From: Polymyxa betae A26-41
Taxonomy: Eukaryota > Protista > Endomyxa: Phytomyxea
Direction of reading: 5' to 3'
DNA length: 64,000 nucleotides
Assembly: GCA_003693705.1 (NCBI GenBank)
Contig: RBZT01000266.1
Coordinates: forward strand, 1 to 64,000
The notes beneath the pieces were generated by a model. That model had not been told where the DNA came from. It saw only the letters and a list, made by a program, of their open reading frames with translations, and ran no database searches. Of this stretch, positions 11,290 through 23,862 are shown one piece after another. The translations under genes and the position numbers were made by a program. How positions within the stretch are numbered: position 1 is the first letter of the stretch; each line of letters begins with the position of its first letter.

Positions 11290-12650
11290 ATGTGTACTGA
11301 CCTATCGGTAAGCCATTGTATCGCTTGTCAGCAGATCACCATCTCAATATCGCAATATAGGCAGCATTGGCAAAGTTTGATGGCCTGCCGTGGGATCAAC
11401 AAGTTCATACCCTGAAATACGTCATGGAAATTCTTGACGACGATGAAGGCCGGGATCTAGTTTTAGATAATCTGTAAGTCTTCCATCTTCGACGATTTGA
11501 ATAGCTATCTGATCCCGTATTCAGACGCCAGATCTGCATTGTTACTTGTGCTGCCATGGTCAGCTTACGATCCATGGTCGTTCGTGTCGGGATATCCACT
11601 CTATCAGCGTTATTCTCTTGTCTGGGTCAAGCTATGGATAGCGAGCTAGATTTCCTGATGCACCCTGTCGTGAAGAAAGTCTCCGATGGCGGCAACAGAT
11701 TTATTCGCGACGAGGCAATCGAATTGCTTCACGTGATTAGCGAAGCCATAGCGCCGGCTTCGCTTTGTAAATCGCTGCTTGACTACGTGCTTTCAAAGAA
11801 CGATTCTATTCGAAAGATCATGACAGAGCTCATTGCCAAATGCTTGCAAAGGTCCGCCGATAAGATATTATCGAGCCGAAATCTTGCGACAAGAATCATT
11901 ACAATATTGGCGACTTTGCTTGGCGATAAATTGGCAGCGGTTCGGGAGAATGCAAAGAGCAGTCTCATAGTGATCAAGAATTCGTTGGGAAGGGCGAAGT
12001 TCTTAAAGTTCTCATCGACAACGCTGTCATCTGCCGTCCTAAGTGCAATCGATCTTGCCGATAGACAAGGGCGAAATCGCTGCGTTCGAAGCGCGCCACA
12101 AGTTCGTAAAGTGAAGGCCGTTGCTCTTCAGCCATTAATGAGTAGTCGTCGGCCAGATTCTATTTCAAGGACAAGCTCTGCTTCTTCGGATGACAGCATT
12201 TGCACTTTGTTTGAGGAAACTGTATCACTTCGGCAGACAACGTCGTCGAGCGTGTTCAACAAAAAGTTCTGCGTCGAACCTGCATTGACGAGTTTCAAAG
12301 CTATAAGCGACGAAGAATGCAGGAGACGCAGGACAGCCAACTGCATTGTCGATGGGAAGCTACAAAGAACCCACCCGATCCCAAATACGCCTGTATATCA
12401 AGCCAGCAAAATCAGCTCAAATACACAACGAAGGCCAACATACGACAGCGACCGAGCTCAGGGAGAAAGGACACTGGCGCCTCGTATATTTGAGCTGTCC
12501 CTGTTACATAGCCGAATGAAACCCTGCAGGAACGACGCCGAAGCAAGGAATCGACGAAGTTCCGACATGTTTGTCTCAGGGCGGTCGGCCGGTGAGCCAT
12601 TAATCAGTACAGCTGATCTGGGGCAAAGGCGATCATCCTACCAGGCCTAA
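11290..12650 (+). CDS. CLASP-N/TOG domain protein, tandem paralog (copy 2), 3 exons
   Basis: Colinear with copy 1 over its full length, with the same two intron positions. Confidence 0.72.
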
Positions 12651-13524
12651 CATCACATTCTACCTAATCATCATAAATTTAGTATAGTCGTCCAGCAACA
12701 ATATCGTCCTTGGCTCGAAGCCGTACGATTGTGGTTCTCCACAAAAGTCGAAGCAGTAGCTGGTTCAGAAAGATAATTATTCTGCTAGGGTCGGCTGCAC
12801 ACAGCAGCTGATCGTTGCGTAGCATGAGTGATTATTGTCGATGGAGATGTTCGATGGTTAGAATGGCCACCTCCTGAGATGCGCAGACAAACAACGATGA
12901 CGTCACGTCTGCACAATCGGCTGACAGGAAACAACAACAGGAAGGGAGAACGTGACAAGATAAAGAGCTTTTGTCAATCTATCTCCCGTGATCAAGCAAA
13001 TCCTGTGCCATCATGGCCTTGGCACATCTGTGATGGTGTTGGGAGTTGGAAGAAGAGGGTTGCGTCATGAGGACTGTAACATGACTTTGGTGTGCGCTTT
13101 GTATGTACCTAACACCCCAAACGACAGTTTTAGCGTAGATTCGGCCGTGGTCGCAGTTTTCTGAAAACTGCGTGTTTTGACAACTCGAAACTGTGGACTG
13201 GCGGAAAATCACTCAACAACATCAACTACCGTATTTGGTGACTTTGAACAATTCGATTGGCCGATGAACTTCAGACATTTAATCTCCGAGAGGGTTATTT
13301 AAGGGCTCTAAGATATGATATCTAAAGGAAGAGAACTATTTCTACGATTATCAAAGAAGCTGTTGGAGCCTACATAACAACACAACACTCACACTCAGTT
13401 TCCGTTGTCGAAACTGGCTCAAAACTGTTGTTTTTATAAAACCGAACTCCGAGCTCCGTTTTCCTCCAGTTTTGAATCTGTCGAAAGGAAGGAAAAGGGG
13501 AGTGTTCGAGGAATCCAGAGTGCC

Positions 13525-14229
13525 ATGGGCGTCCAGTTCAGCATTCCAATTTTTATCTTCTTCGCCGCCCTCTTCATTCCGAGTCCCGCGACCCATTTCT
13601 TGCTGAGCCGCGAGGAGTTTAGGAGGGCCAGAGACGAGGTGATATATAGCGACGCGTACATGAACTCGACCATCAACGGAAAGGATATGGACCCGGCCAC
13701 TTCCATGCACCGGGGGCTGTTGTACTTCGGCAGATTGGAGAACTTCTTGGAGTTCGTGAGGCCTTTGAATATGTGGCGAAGGCCATGGCAGGTCCAATAC
13801 TGGTTGAGCCCGTCCTTGACCGTCAGGGACAGAGCCATGGTCAACCACATGTCCGAAGGCTTTGCGAAAGTGTGCTCCATTTTCTACGCTCGGCATGGAC
13901 TACCCAGCGGTGCCGAGCGACGGCTGCCCAATGGATTCAGGGACTTCGTACGAGAGTTCGCCCGCCAGAATTATCCCCGATCCTCGCACCTCATGGCGCT
14001 GCATGGCGAGCTGGAACGCCAACTGACCATAGAGATATCGCATTGGCGCACGCAGGGTTCGCTGGGGGGAGCGGGCCGCGCTGGGGGCGAAGGGGGCGCT
14101 GGGGTCGAAGGGGGCGCTGGGGTCGAAGGGGGCGCTGGGGTCGAGGAGCGTAGGGAGGAGATTGGGCAGGGTCAGCAGATAGAGACGCCTGAGGATGAAT
14201 TCAGACTGTGGGTGAAGGAGGAACCCTGA
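13525..14229 (+). CDS. Predicted secreted protein, intronless (effector candidate)
   Basis: Signal-peptide-like MGVQFSIPIFIFFAALFIPSPATH from ATG 13525; no recognisable domain. Confidence 0.6.
   Translation: MGVQFSIPIFIFFAALFIPSPATHFLLSREEFRRARDEVIYSDAYMNSTINGKDMDPATSMHRGLLYFGRLENFLEFVRPLNMWRRPWQVQYWLSPSLTVRDRAMVNHMSEGFAKVCSIFYARHGLPSGAERRLPNGFRDFVREFARQNYPRSSHLMALHGELERQLTIEISHWRTQGSLGGAGRAGGEGGAGVEGGAGVEGGAGVEERREEIGQGQQIETPEDEFRLWVKEEP
14080..14144 (+). repeat. Coding minisatellite, 18-nt unit GAAGGGGGCGCTGGGGTC x3 plus partial (EGGAGV)
   Basis: Exact units at 14089, 14107 and 14125. Confidence 0.9.
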
Positions 14230-14668
14230 GACATCAAGGGAGTCGTCGATGATGGATATGGCCACCAGATTCGCCCTTGTCGTCACTGCCTGGTGCATGA
14301 CGACGTAAAGACGCTTGCCGAACCTCGAAGGTAACCGTGCAGGAATAGGCTCTCACCATCGACGCTGTCTAATTGAGACATCTGACTCCCTAACCTACAC
14401 CAGATGAGCCACATCTTGCTGACTTTGATACAAAACACAGAATAAAATTCAGCAAAAAATAAGTTTTTTCTTAGACAAAACTGGGCGAAAACCCGAAACG
14501 GAACCTGGGAGGCTCCCCCCTGACTAGGAGGCTCCCCATTGCAAACTGTGACTTGATGAAACGTCCAACATGTTGCGCCAGTTTGATGCTAAACAAAAGT
14601 CTTCAGCTGATCACATACTTATGTGATCCTGTCAGTTCTGATTGATTGATTAATAGGCAGCTAACAGT

Positions 14669-16247
14669 ATGCAGCTGAAGCTGTCGCGAGCCAACCTCAT
14701 CGCCTTCCTTGCCATCTATCCCTTGCGGGCCATTGTCGGTAGGCTTCTTCATCCACCAGATGTCCTGCTGAAATCTGCCTGCAGACGCCCGCGTCCATCG
14801 TGCTCTTGGTGATCTGCGCGTTGCGCTTGAAATCGGGCATCGCTTCGTTCTTTCGCGGATCGCGCATCAGAACGGCTCTGTTCTTTTACAGCTGCGTAGA
14901 AACGACGTTTTATTTATGGTTTCTGTACGCGCGAAGACGAGCTCAACGACGCCATCTGCTGGAAATCTCGGAGACGAAACATGATCGATGGGCGCTCCTG
15001 AATCGGATTCGTCAAGTCGGTCTACCAGGATGTAAATATCAGTTCGTTCGAGAATGGTTCGCTCCAACGCCATTGGAGAAGGTCGGGCGCGACGATCTCA
15101 AGCGATGGTTATCGTGGGCGTTCTTCGACAGATCCCTGGAAGAGGTCCTGCGGAGCGACGACGCCGACGAGCTCGACGAGATGGTGACGGAGCTCGAGAC
15201 CGACCTCGACATCCGCTTCACATCCGGCTCAACGAGCACGCCCTTGATCTTGCTGAATCTGGATCCGGTCGTCGCCAATCATCGTCCTTTCCTTCATTAC
15301 GCCGTCACCTCCTGCCTCGGCCTAGCCATGAACGCGAATCTTCGCATGAAACGGTTCCGGCGATATCACGTTGCCGGCACATCGTACTGGATCCGGGATG
15401 GAGCCCAGCACGACCTGCGTCCTTTGGTGTTCGTTCACGGGGTCGGAATCGGTCTGGCGACGTATTTACCATTTCGTAAGAAACCCTAACCCTAGCTGGA
15501 GTTGTGAGCTGAGTATCGTTGCAGTGAATGAAATCAGCCCGAATCGGGCGTTGATTCTGATCGAGTTGCCGCACGTGTCGATGAAGCTGCGATTGCGATT
15601 GAAGAAGATTCCATCGATGAGAGAGACGGTGGACGCCATCGAACGCATCCTGTTTCAGCACGGATACGAATCAGCGCTCTGGATGGGACACTCGCTGGGC
15701 ACCTTCATCGTCGCCTGCGCCCTGCAGTTCAAGCCCGAGATCGTCAGCAACGTGATCCTGATCGATCCCGTCTGTCTGATGCTCTGGGAGCCTCTCTTGG
15801 TGAAGAACTTCGTTTATCGAAAGCCATCGACGGCCAAACAGCGAATTCAGAGCTATCACGTCGCGTGAGTATCACGAATTGCTGATTCGTTTAACTCCAC
15901 TGAAAGAGGAAAATTCTGTAGTTTTTCCTTTTTAGGTTTTTCATATTTTTTTAGTACTTTTTTTAAATTTTATTAATTTATTTCTTAGAAAAGAGTTGCA
16001 TATCAGCTATTATTTCCAGAGGCATTTCTGCTGGCGTCAATGCGCGTTGTTCGCAGATCAACTGCCGTCCGATTCGACCGTCTTCGTCTGCGAACATGAC
16101 AATATCTGCAATCACGATCGAATCGTTTTATACCTGCAAAAGCACAGCATCGCTACGACATCGTTCGCCAGGCACGGACACGGCGGATGGATTCTGCGAC
16201 CCGATTCACGAATGAAGATTGTCGAAGCCATTGAAATGTATTCATAG
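14669..16247 (+). CDS. Membrane-anchored alpha/beta hydrolase, 4 exons
   Basis: FVHGVGIG, nucleophile elbow GHSLG, LIDPV and late HGHG; introns after AI, at 15476-15524 and at 15865-15988. Confidence 0.85.
15481..15497. repeat. Telomere-type tract AAACCCTAACCCTAGCT directly after the GTAAG donor of 49-nt intron 15476-15524
   Basis: Read directly; the same 17-mer is at 36140 and 39085. Confidence 0.88.
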
Positions 16248-16449
16248 ATAATAATCTGCTTGAGTAAAAAAACATGTGAATTTTATCATCGGTGCCCTAT
16301 TATCTCGAAGTCCGTGGCGGCCTTCCGAGCTCAAGTTCGCCTCTATCGTTCACATCTGAAACTCTGACGGACTAGCCACCGACCTCGGTTTAAAGCTTCC
16401 CCCAACAGCCAGTATCGTTCAGGCCCAGATTCCACCACCAGCAACAGCC

Positions 16450-17385
16450 ATGAGCAGCGAACGTGTCTATTCGGAGCGCAAGGTCGACTTCTGCGACCGC
16501 CTCAAATCGTACTTCAACGACAACAAGAGCATCCTGGTCGTACACGCCGACCATGTCGGCTCGAACCAGCTCCAGAAGATCCGTATCGAGCTTCGTGGCA
16601 AGGCCGTGATCCTGATGGGCAAGAACACCATGATCCGTCGTGTGATTCGTGAATGCATGATTCAGAACCCGAAGCTCGAGTCGCTTCTGCCTCACGTTCA
16701 GTCGAACGTCGGTCTGGTGTTCACCAACAACGATCTGAAGGAGATCCGCGACAGCATTCTGTCGAACCAGCTGCCGGCCGCCGCCCGTGCTGGTGCTGTC
16801 GCTCCCTGCGATGTCTTCATCCCGGCCGGACCGACCGGTTGTGACCCCGGTCAGACGTCGTTCTTCCAGGCGTTGAACATCCCGACCAAGATCGTCAAGG
16901 GTAACATCGAGATCACCAACGTCGTCCATCTGATCAAGAAGGGCGAGAAGGTCGGCAGCAGTGAAGTCGCTCTGCTCAACAAGCTCAACATTAAGCCGTT
17001 CTCATACGGTCTGATCGTGACCCAGATCTACGACAATGGCTCAACTTATGGCTCCGAAGTCCTCGATCTGTCTGAGGCCATGCTCATGCAGAAGTTCGCC
17101 CAGGGCGTTGCCGCCGTTGCCGCTCTGTCGCTGTCGGTCGGATACCCGACGTTGGCGTCGATTCCGCACTCGATCGCCGCCGCCTTCAAGTCGTGCTTGT
17201 CGGTTGCTGTCGAGACCGAGTACGAGTTCAAGGAGGCGACCAAGTTCAAGGAGTTCCTGGCCAACCCCGATGCCTTCATGGTCGCCGCCCCGGCCGCCTC
17301 CGAATCCAAGCCCGCCGAAGCCGCTCCAGCCGAGGAGTCCGAGGAGGAGAGCGAAGACGACGCCGAGTTCAACCTCTTCGACTAA
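16450..17385 (+). CDS. RPLP0: 60S acidic ribosomal protein P0 (uL10)
   Basis: DHVGSNQLQKIR, MGKNTMIR, GPTGCDPGQTSFFQALNIPTKI and the acidic tail EESEDDAEFNLFD. Confidence 0.98.
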   Translation: MSSERVYSERKVDFCDRLKSYFNDNKSILVVHADHVGSNQLQKIRIELRGKAVILMGKNTMIRRVIRECMIQNPKLESLLPHVQSNVGLVFTNNDLKEIRDSILSNQLPAAARAGAVAPCDVFIPAGPTGCDPGQTSFFQALNIPTKIVKGNIEITNVVHLIKKGEKVGSSEVALLNKLNIKPFSYGLIVTQIYDNGSTYGSEVLDLSEAMLMQKFAQGVAAVAALSLSVGYPTLASIPHSIAAAFKSCLSVAVETEYEFKEATKFKEFLANPDAFMVAAPAASESKPAEAAPAEESEEESEDDAEFNLFD

Positions 17386-17783
17386 GTTCAACTATCTTCA
17401 TTCAATACACCTCTTGTTATCGTCGTTTTACAGAATATTTTGTTCGATTGTATTGAGGTAGCAGTTCTCCCATCTAATAGTCGTCAAGGTAGGACGCTCT
17501 ATAGAATCTTGCTCGAAGGCATTCCTTTTGCTTACCGAACGCCCGCGATGGAAACCATTCGGTCACACACCAGATCGCCGATGATGAAGTTTTCGGTCGG
17601 AACCGTCATGCCCAGAATCATTGCAACAGCCACAAGTTTTATATGTGATCAATTTGCACGAGATATTGCAAGGTCCAGTTGTCCTCCTGCAACGGCAACC
17701 ACGACTTCAACAGCGATTTATCGCCATCATCAAGCCCAGGAATCGATTTGTGTTCCGTTCTCGGTTCCTATCTCATTCTGATA

Positions 17784-18266
17784 ATGAAAATGCTTTACTA
17801 TCTCGGAACGCTTGCACTGCTATTGGCTTCGGCGTACTCGGCAGAAGAGGGCGCTGCGGCGACACCGCCAGCAGAACCCGACAACAAACAGTTCCAAGCC
17901 TTACAATATGGGTATTTAGGGCCACTAGGAGGAGTACCAGGTTATCCTGTTCCTGATCCTTTCGTGGATCCGTTCTATTACGACACGTTCCTGCCCTATG
18001 GATATCTTGGCTATGGATATGGTGGATACCCAGGCATTCCCATCTATGGTGGTGGACTCGGTGGTTGGGGATGGCGATCAGGTCTCGGCTATGGACGACG
18101 TCGAGGACGGTTTGGCGGATGGGGATGGAATCGTGGATATCGTCATCTAGGATCACCAGGATTCCGAGGGGGCTGGGGATATGGCGCTCGACCGCTTGGG
18201 CGAGGGTTCCGAGGATTCCATGGCGGTCGCGGCCGCTTTGGCAGACGATTCGGAGGGCGACGTTGA
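17784..18266 (+). CDS. Secreted Gly/Tyr/Pro- then Gly/Arg-rich low-complexity protein
   Basis: Signal peptide MKMLYYLGTLALLLASAYSA; YGYLG repeats; GWG and RG repeats. Confidence 0.7.
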   Translation: MKMLYYLGTLALLLASAYSAEEGAAATPPAEPDNKQFQALQYGYLGPLGGVPGYPVPDPFVDPFYYDTFLPYGYLGYGYGGYPGIPIYGGGLGGWGWRSGLGYGRRRGRFGGWGWNRGYRHLGSPGFRGGWGYGARPLGRGFRGFHGGRGRFGRRFGGRR

Positions 18267-18312
18267 TTCTGATTTCTATCACAATTTTAGATAAATCTCA
18301 GAAACAATTCCC

Positions 18313-21300
18313 TCATTCAGGTAGATCATCATCGATTTCGTCGAAGTCGCCTTGATCGTCTTCGGCTTCGGCGCTCTCGCCGAGATCTTGCAGTACGTTG
18401 GCTCGAATAAAGGGTCTTGGGTCCAGCTGGCATTGTTTCATGCGCTGAAGTAGAGCACCAGCTTGAGCAAAGTCGCCCTTTCCATGAAGGTACTCGATCA
18501 TCATCGCATACACATCTCCTTCGCGAATCGCATTCTATGCGAAACCCAATCAAAGCTGTGATTATAGTTATAGTGAGATCCGAACCTCAATATCATCCTG
18601 CTCAGTCAGGAAGACACAAATTCGAATAGCATCGGTGGCAGCACCTTGAGCAATAAGTGTCCTGGCCTGGATGAATTGCTCGATCAAATACACGCGCCTC
18701 TGCATTTGCTGCAGAGCTGATGGCTGCGCATTACTCGATTCCAGTACTTTTAGGCTCTCTTTCATTGCTAAAAGGGCCTAGAATTTGAGTTCCTAAGTAT
18801 GTACTTTGATGATTCTTAAAGTTCCTCAAACCTTATCGTAGTCCCGGTAATCATCAATCTCCTTTTGGGCGCACGAATCATAGAATAACGCCAACGACTC
18901 GTAAGCTCCCGCCTTTGTATAGAACGATATAATGGTTTTTGTGATCTCTGGATCGGAATGCCAATCGCAATTCTGTAGATGATTCGCAGCCAACATATAA
19001 ATCTCTCTCTTCTTGGTCATTGTTGCATAGTAGATAATTTTGCTGGTATCATTGGATTTTAGTAAGCACTTCATCGCTCTAACTTTATCTCCAGCCTGGG
19101 CGAGCTAAGGCAGACGTGTTAAAGCGTTCCGATATTTTACCTGTGTAAGCTTTTTCGTTGCCATATGATAGGAACCTATCGAAACCAAATATTTGGCCAG
19201 ATGTTTGAGATGCTCGTTTCTTTCAGGAAAGTCCATGTCTTTGGGGGGTGTTAGGCTTTCGGCTAAGTCGTCTGAGATGGGAAGCCGGTTGTTTATGCAA
19301 ACTTCTAAAGCCTATAATTCGCTTCCGTAATGCTGATCTGAACCAGATACGAGACTGCATACCTCTTTGTATCTTCGTCCTGATATGTACAGCTGAACTG
19401 TTTTCTCGTACTGTTGACTTTCCAGGAAAAATGATGCACATCTCTCGATGAGATCAGATGGTGTGTCGTTACCCATATCTGCGGTTAGCGACGCCAAACT
19501 GTCAAATTGATTTGTCTATCAAGATTAAATCAACAAAGCGGTAACAACAAGTATGATAGTCAAACCTGAAAGCATAAATCTAAAGCACGATTTAGTTTTC
19601 CTGCTTTCTGATAGAGCGTAATCGCTTTATCAAATATTTCTTGCTTCTGGAAATATTCGGCAGCTTCCATCTGTAGATCTGGCGGGCTCTCTAGGGCCAG
19701 TTTGTATAATTCCTTGATAACGAATGTCAGAGCTCGGAAAAACTTCTTCGAAAAGATAACTCACCTTGGTTCTATTTTGTTCTTTGGCGAGACGAAGAGC
19801 ATGGTTAAACCTGTTAGCTTGAGCATATAAACTGATGGCTTCATCATATTCCCCTTTAAGCTCTAATGTTCTGCCTAGCTGATAACAAGCGGCCATATTT
19901 TTACTTTGCTTGCATAGGCTCCTTGCTTTATCGAGATCTCCCTGAATTCACTAAAAATCGATACGTCATCGGATTCCAGGCGAGTACCTGAATGCAGTAG
20001 ATTCGAACACATGATAAGTAATCGTTGGCAGATAGATACCATTGGAGGGCAACTTCAAGACAGCCACGACCTTCATTATATTGGCCAAGCCAGACTTTAA
20101 GTTTCGGTTCGTTTGTCTTCTCGATATATCTTTCGAGTTCGCCAAGCTGTCCCAATTTCAAATACAACCGAGGAACCTGGGTGACAGAAATTCACAAATG
20201 CTGCCGGGCATCATTGCCAATACACACCGACCTCTGTGAAATGCGAATTACTAGCTTCATAAGCAGCAATGGCCTTTGAGATTTCGCCTCGAGATTCTAA
20301 GAGCTTGCCGTGAGAATACCTATATAAACAATATGTTTAGATTATCCCCATTGCCAATCCTGCACAATGTACTTTAGAGTCTTGAGCATGATTCGATGAT
20401 GTTTCTCGCATAATGCAAACGCTTCGTCCCATTTATCACACGCTGCGTACATTGATATCAGAAGATCATACCGACCGCAATCTGTGTAAAGCGCTACTGC
20501 CTATGATAAGGAATAAATCAGTGATCGTAACGAAATGCTTTCAAGCTGGAAACCAACTTCTTCGATCATGCCAAGCTCAATAGCTAGCGAGGCTAATTGC
20601 GCCTACGAACTCTGGTCATGAAACATGTACAGATACGGAATGTTGCTCTATTTACTTCTGGCTGCTCAGTTCGACACTCCCTGAGTGCTCTGGCGCCAGT
20701 AGCAAACCCCATATTCCCCAGACAGATACTGGCCATGTCCAAACGACGGGTAATCACACACATCTTAGCCATGCTCTTCCAGATTGATGGGCTGTCGATA
20801 TTCCTGACAGCGTGATACGCCTACGTACATTCTGAGAATGTCAGCACGCTTTGAAAAGCATCGTCGACCTCATCCATATCACCGATCGCCATCTTGAAAC
20901 TGAACTTCGCCAGGTCTCTCTTTGTCTGGTCATCGACACCCTCCAATCCGACGAAGTCTCTCATCACTCTCTTATCAATATGAGGTAATGACCCGGCTCC
21001 AAACCTATGTCAAGCATGAAAACTTAACGCAAAACGACCTGGATTCTATCTCATTACATGCCAGCCTGGCTCTTGATGTAGTATGTGAATGGGGTTTCAC
21101 TGCCAATCAGGAGATCGTCGCCGATCTCGAATCGATCCTGAAACTGGATGCCGTGCTCTGGTGTGACAAATAGAGCAAAAACGAGCGACGACGAAGACGT
21201 CTAAAGCACATCCATTAGATCGCGAATCAGTGCCCAGCGTCTGCGTTTACCGTTGACTTGGTCTGTCCAGGTTCAGGCTCTTCGGAATCTTTCGGGCAAG

Positions 21301-23564
21301 CAACTACCGACAGCAGGCTTGAATCGAATCCATCCCAGAATAACCGAGAGGGCAATACGAATTTCGTAGCAAAATCGTACGTTTCGAACTAAAGCGCATG
21401 AAATCGCAAATTTGAGAAGTCGGCAATGGCCATACCCGATCTAGTTCGATATCGTAAATTAGCAGACGGCTATCAATGGTTGTATTCTCTGAAGGTTGGT
21501 GCAGGTGGCAAAGAAGGGCAACATGAGTGCACGAGCGATTCATTCGGCAGTCGAACGCAGCGCCGAAATCCGACGGGAGACGACGGCCTGGGACTATAGC
21601 TCGTGCTTCCCGACGGCCTACTTCCCAGATTTTCATCGTTCCCTGATCGGAAACGGCAACCAGATTGTCACCAGACACATCCAGAAGGGTTGGTTTGCCT
21701 GCACACGTTTTCAAGAAATTTAAACTGGTTATCGCACGAAGTACCTTCGTCCTCAGAGAACGAGAATGCTTTCTTCACTATACCCTGGAAGTTGCAAAAA
21801 TCGATCCTGGAATCGACTGATGTAAACAAGGTTTGGCCTTGAATGCAGCAGCAGCTTGTCGTGCAATTAAACGACGACAGGAACTTGATCGAGTCGTCGT
21901 CTGCTATTTCAAAGATTTCGATTTTCTTCTCATTCCACACCACGATCGTTTTTTCACCAACACACAGCCCTATCATTAAAATGCCTTTTCAGAATGACAA
22001 CTCATCTGATGCGATGCTGACGCCATGCCTTTAATTCGAACGTTGGCAGTAACTTTTCGTGCCTTGCCACTTGGTGTATAAACAATGATCTTATCGGCTG
22101 CGACCTGGCAGGCCGTGATATTGAACGCTCTTGCATTATGAAGGACAGTGGCAGTCATGATACTGAATCCACCCTTTGACGCGACTGCAATCATTTCACC
22201 CATTCCAGATAATCTCAGAAAGGATAGTTCGGCTTCCCAGCTGGTATTAACGGGCGCCAAGCACTAAACGGGTTCTTCAGCAATTACAATCAAGGAAGCG
22301 TGGTCATGATACCAGCCATTGTTCTTCGGATAAACATGATCCTTCCAGGTTTCGTTGCGATTTCTTTCTACGCCACATTACAATACGTCCAAGCATCGTC
22401 CCAGCAACCAGCGTGTGCGTTTTGTTATTGAATGTGACATTACAAATGACATCGTTCCCTTTCGCCATATGTCGAGGATCTACAGTTCCCGCATTAATCA
22501 GCAATTTTGACGAATTGATTTGATAGAACCTACCTGATAGCGGAAGAGACAAACTTTCGTCGTTGTCCACAGACCATATTCGCACACAAGGCTCTTTATT
22601 GGCAGCCATCAAGAGATTGTTCCCATCCCATGCGTAGACAAGATCTGATCCTTCACCCTTAATCGACAATTTCACCTTTTTGTTCAGGGTCGGTTTATGT
22701 TCATGGTTAATCTAGATTGCAGTTAAGACTTTCAGCGAGCATATTATTAATGAGCAGGCATTACACCAAATACAAACATGACAGCTTGGATCGAGACAAC
22801 GACAGCGATCTTATCACGATTTCCGTAAAAAATGTCGCGAACAGAGCTGCCGATGGATCCAATCTTCGTAATATTGGATGCCGTCTCGTCCGCAGCATAT
22901 ATGGTACCGTTCTCTGCACCGGTTATGAACTGAGAAGAAGTCATAATAATTGCTCGATTCGGGGTGCTGTCGATTGAATATGTCTGCAACGGGACAAATT
23001 GCCCAGATCGATTGTCGTATAACGAGATTAAGCCTTTCTGTGGGGCCGTTATTATAAGGCTAACGATTCGATTCCACTAATGTTTGACCTTATCAGACAG
23101 CAGAATTTTGTCACCTGATGGCGACCACACAATGGATGCTAAAGGTGATGCATTTTCAGGCAAAATCGGGCTCAAACGAGAATTGGAATCGGTCCAGAAA
23201 CTAACTGTGCCTGTCTTAATATTAATTAATGATCCAGGACTGATATATGCATATCATAACCTGAATTCCATCCGATCGCTAATATCTTACTATTTGGATG
23301 CCATTCGATAATTACAGCTTCGTGGTCTTGCTCGTTTACGATCGGTTGATCCTTACTGACAATGCCCTATTTATTGGTTGCCAATCTGCTGGCTGTTAAA
23401 AAGCTTCTGGACCATACCTCGGCGTCAACGATTGTCAGCTCTCCGCTCGATCGGATAACAGCCAGCAGTGGCCGAGAGTGATTATCCAGGCTCCATTTTG
23501 CTTCATGAAATTGCTGCGAAGGATCACAAAGGGCGTCGACTTTCGACTCCAGATAAAAGGACAT
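18313..23564 (-). CDS. IFT140: Intraflagellar transport protein 140, multi-exon
   Basis: N-terminal WD40 exons; IWKSMAKMCVITRRLDMASICLGNM; KLTQAGDKVRAMKCLLKSNDTSKIIYYA; IYMLAANHLQNCDW; FYDSCAQKEIDDYRDYDKAL. Confidence 0.93.
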
Positions 23565-23862
23565 TGCAGTGTGCTAGGTGTACAGCTGGCTCGTTTCGCG
23601 GTCTTGCACTGTCAGTCAGTGTGGCCGGGCGTAGGTTGATGTCGGATGAATCTCCATTCCAGCCATCAGCAAAGGGCCTCGCTGATACAGAATCTGCCAT
23701 ATCAATTCGCAGACTGAATTCGAAAGGGATATTCTCATCACCCATTCTGACTCTCCTGTAACGTTACAATCATGAGTATCACTTCTAACAGCCATCATGA
23801 CAAAGGGGAACCACGACATTGAAAGACTTAAATAGTTTAGGTAAATAGATATAATAACAGGA

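Noticed and set aside
13597-13640. RxLR-dEER-like motif in the secreted protein
   Set aside because: RRAR-DE does not match RxLR; too weak to call.
14508-14537. GGAGGCTCCCC direct repeat
   Set aside because: Two short copies only; no supporting context.
16390-17461. Long antisense and alternate-frame ORFs over RPLP0 and other GC-rich genes
   Set aside because: Expected shadows of strong GC3 codon bias.
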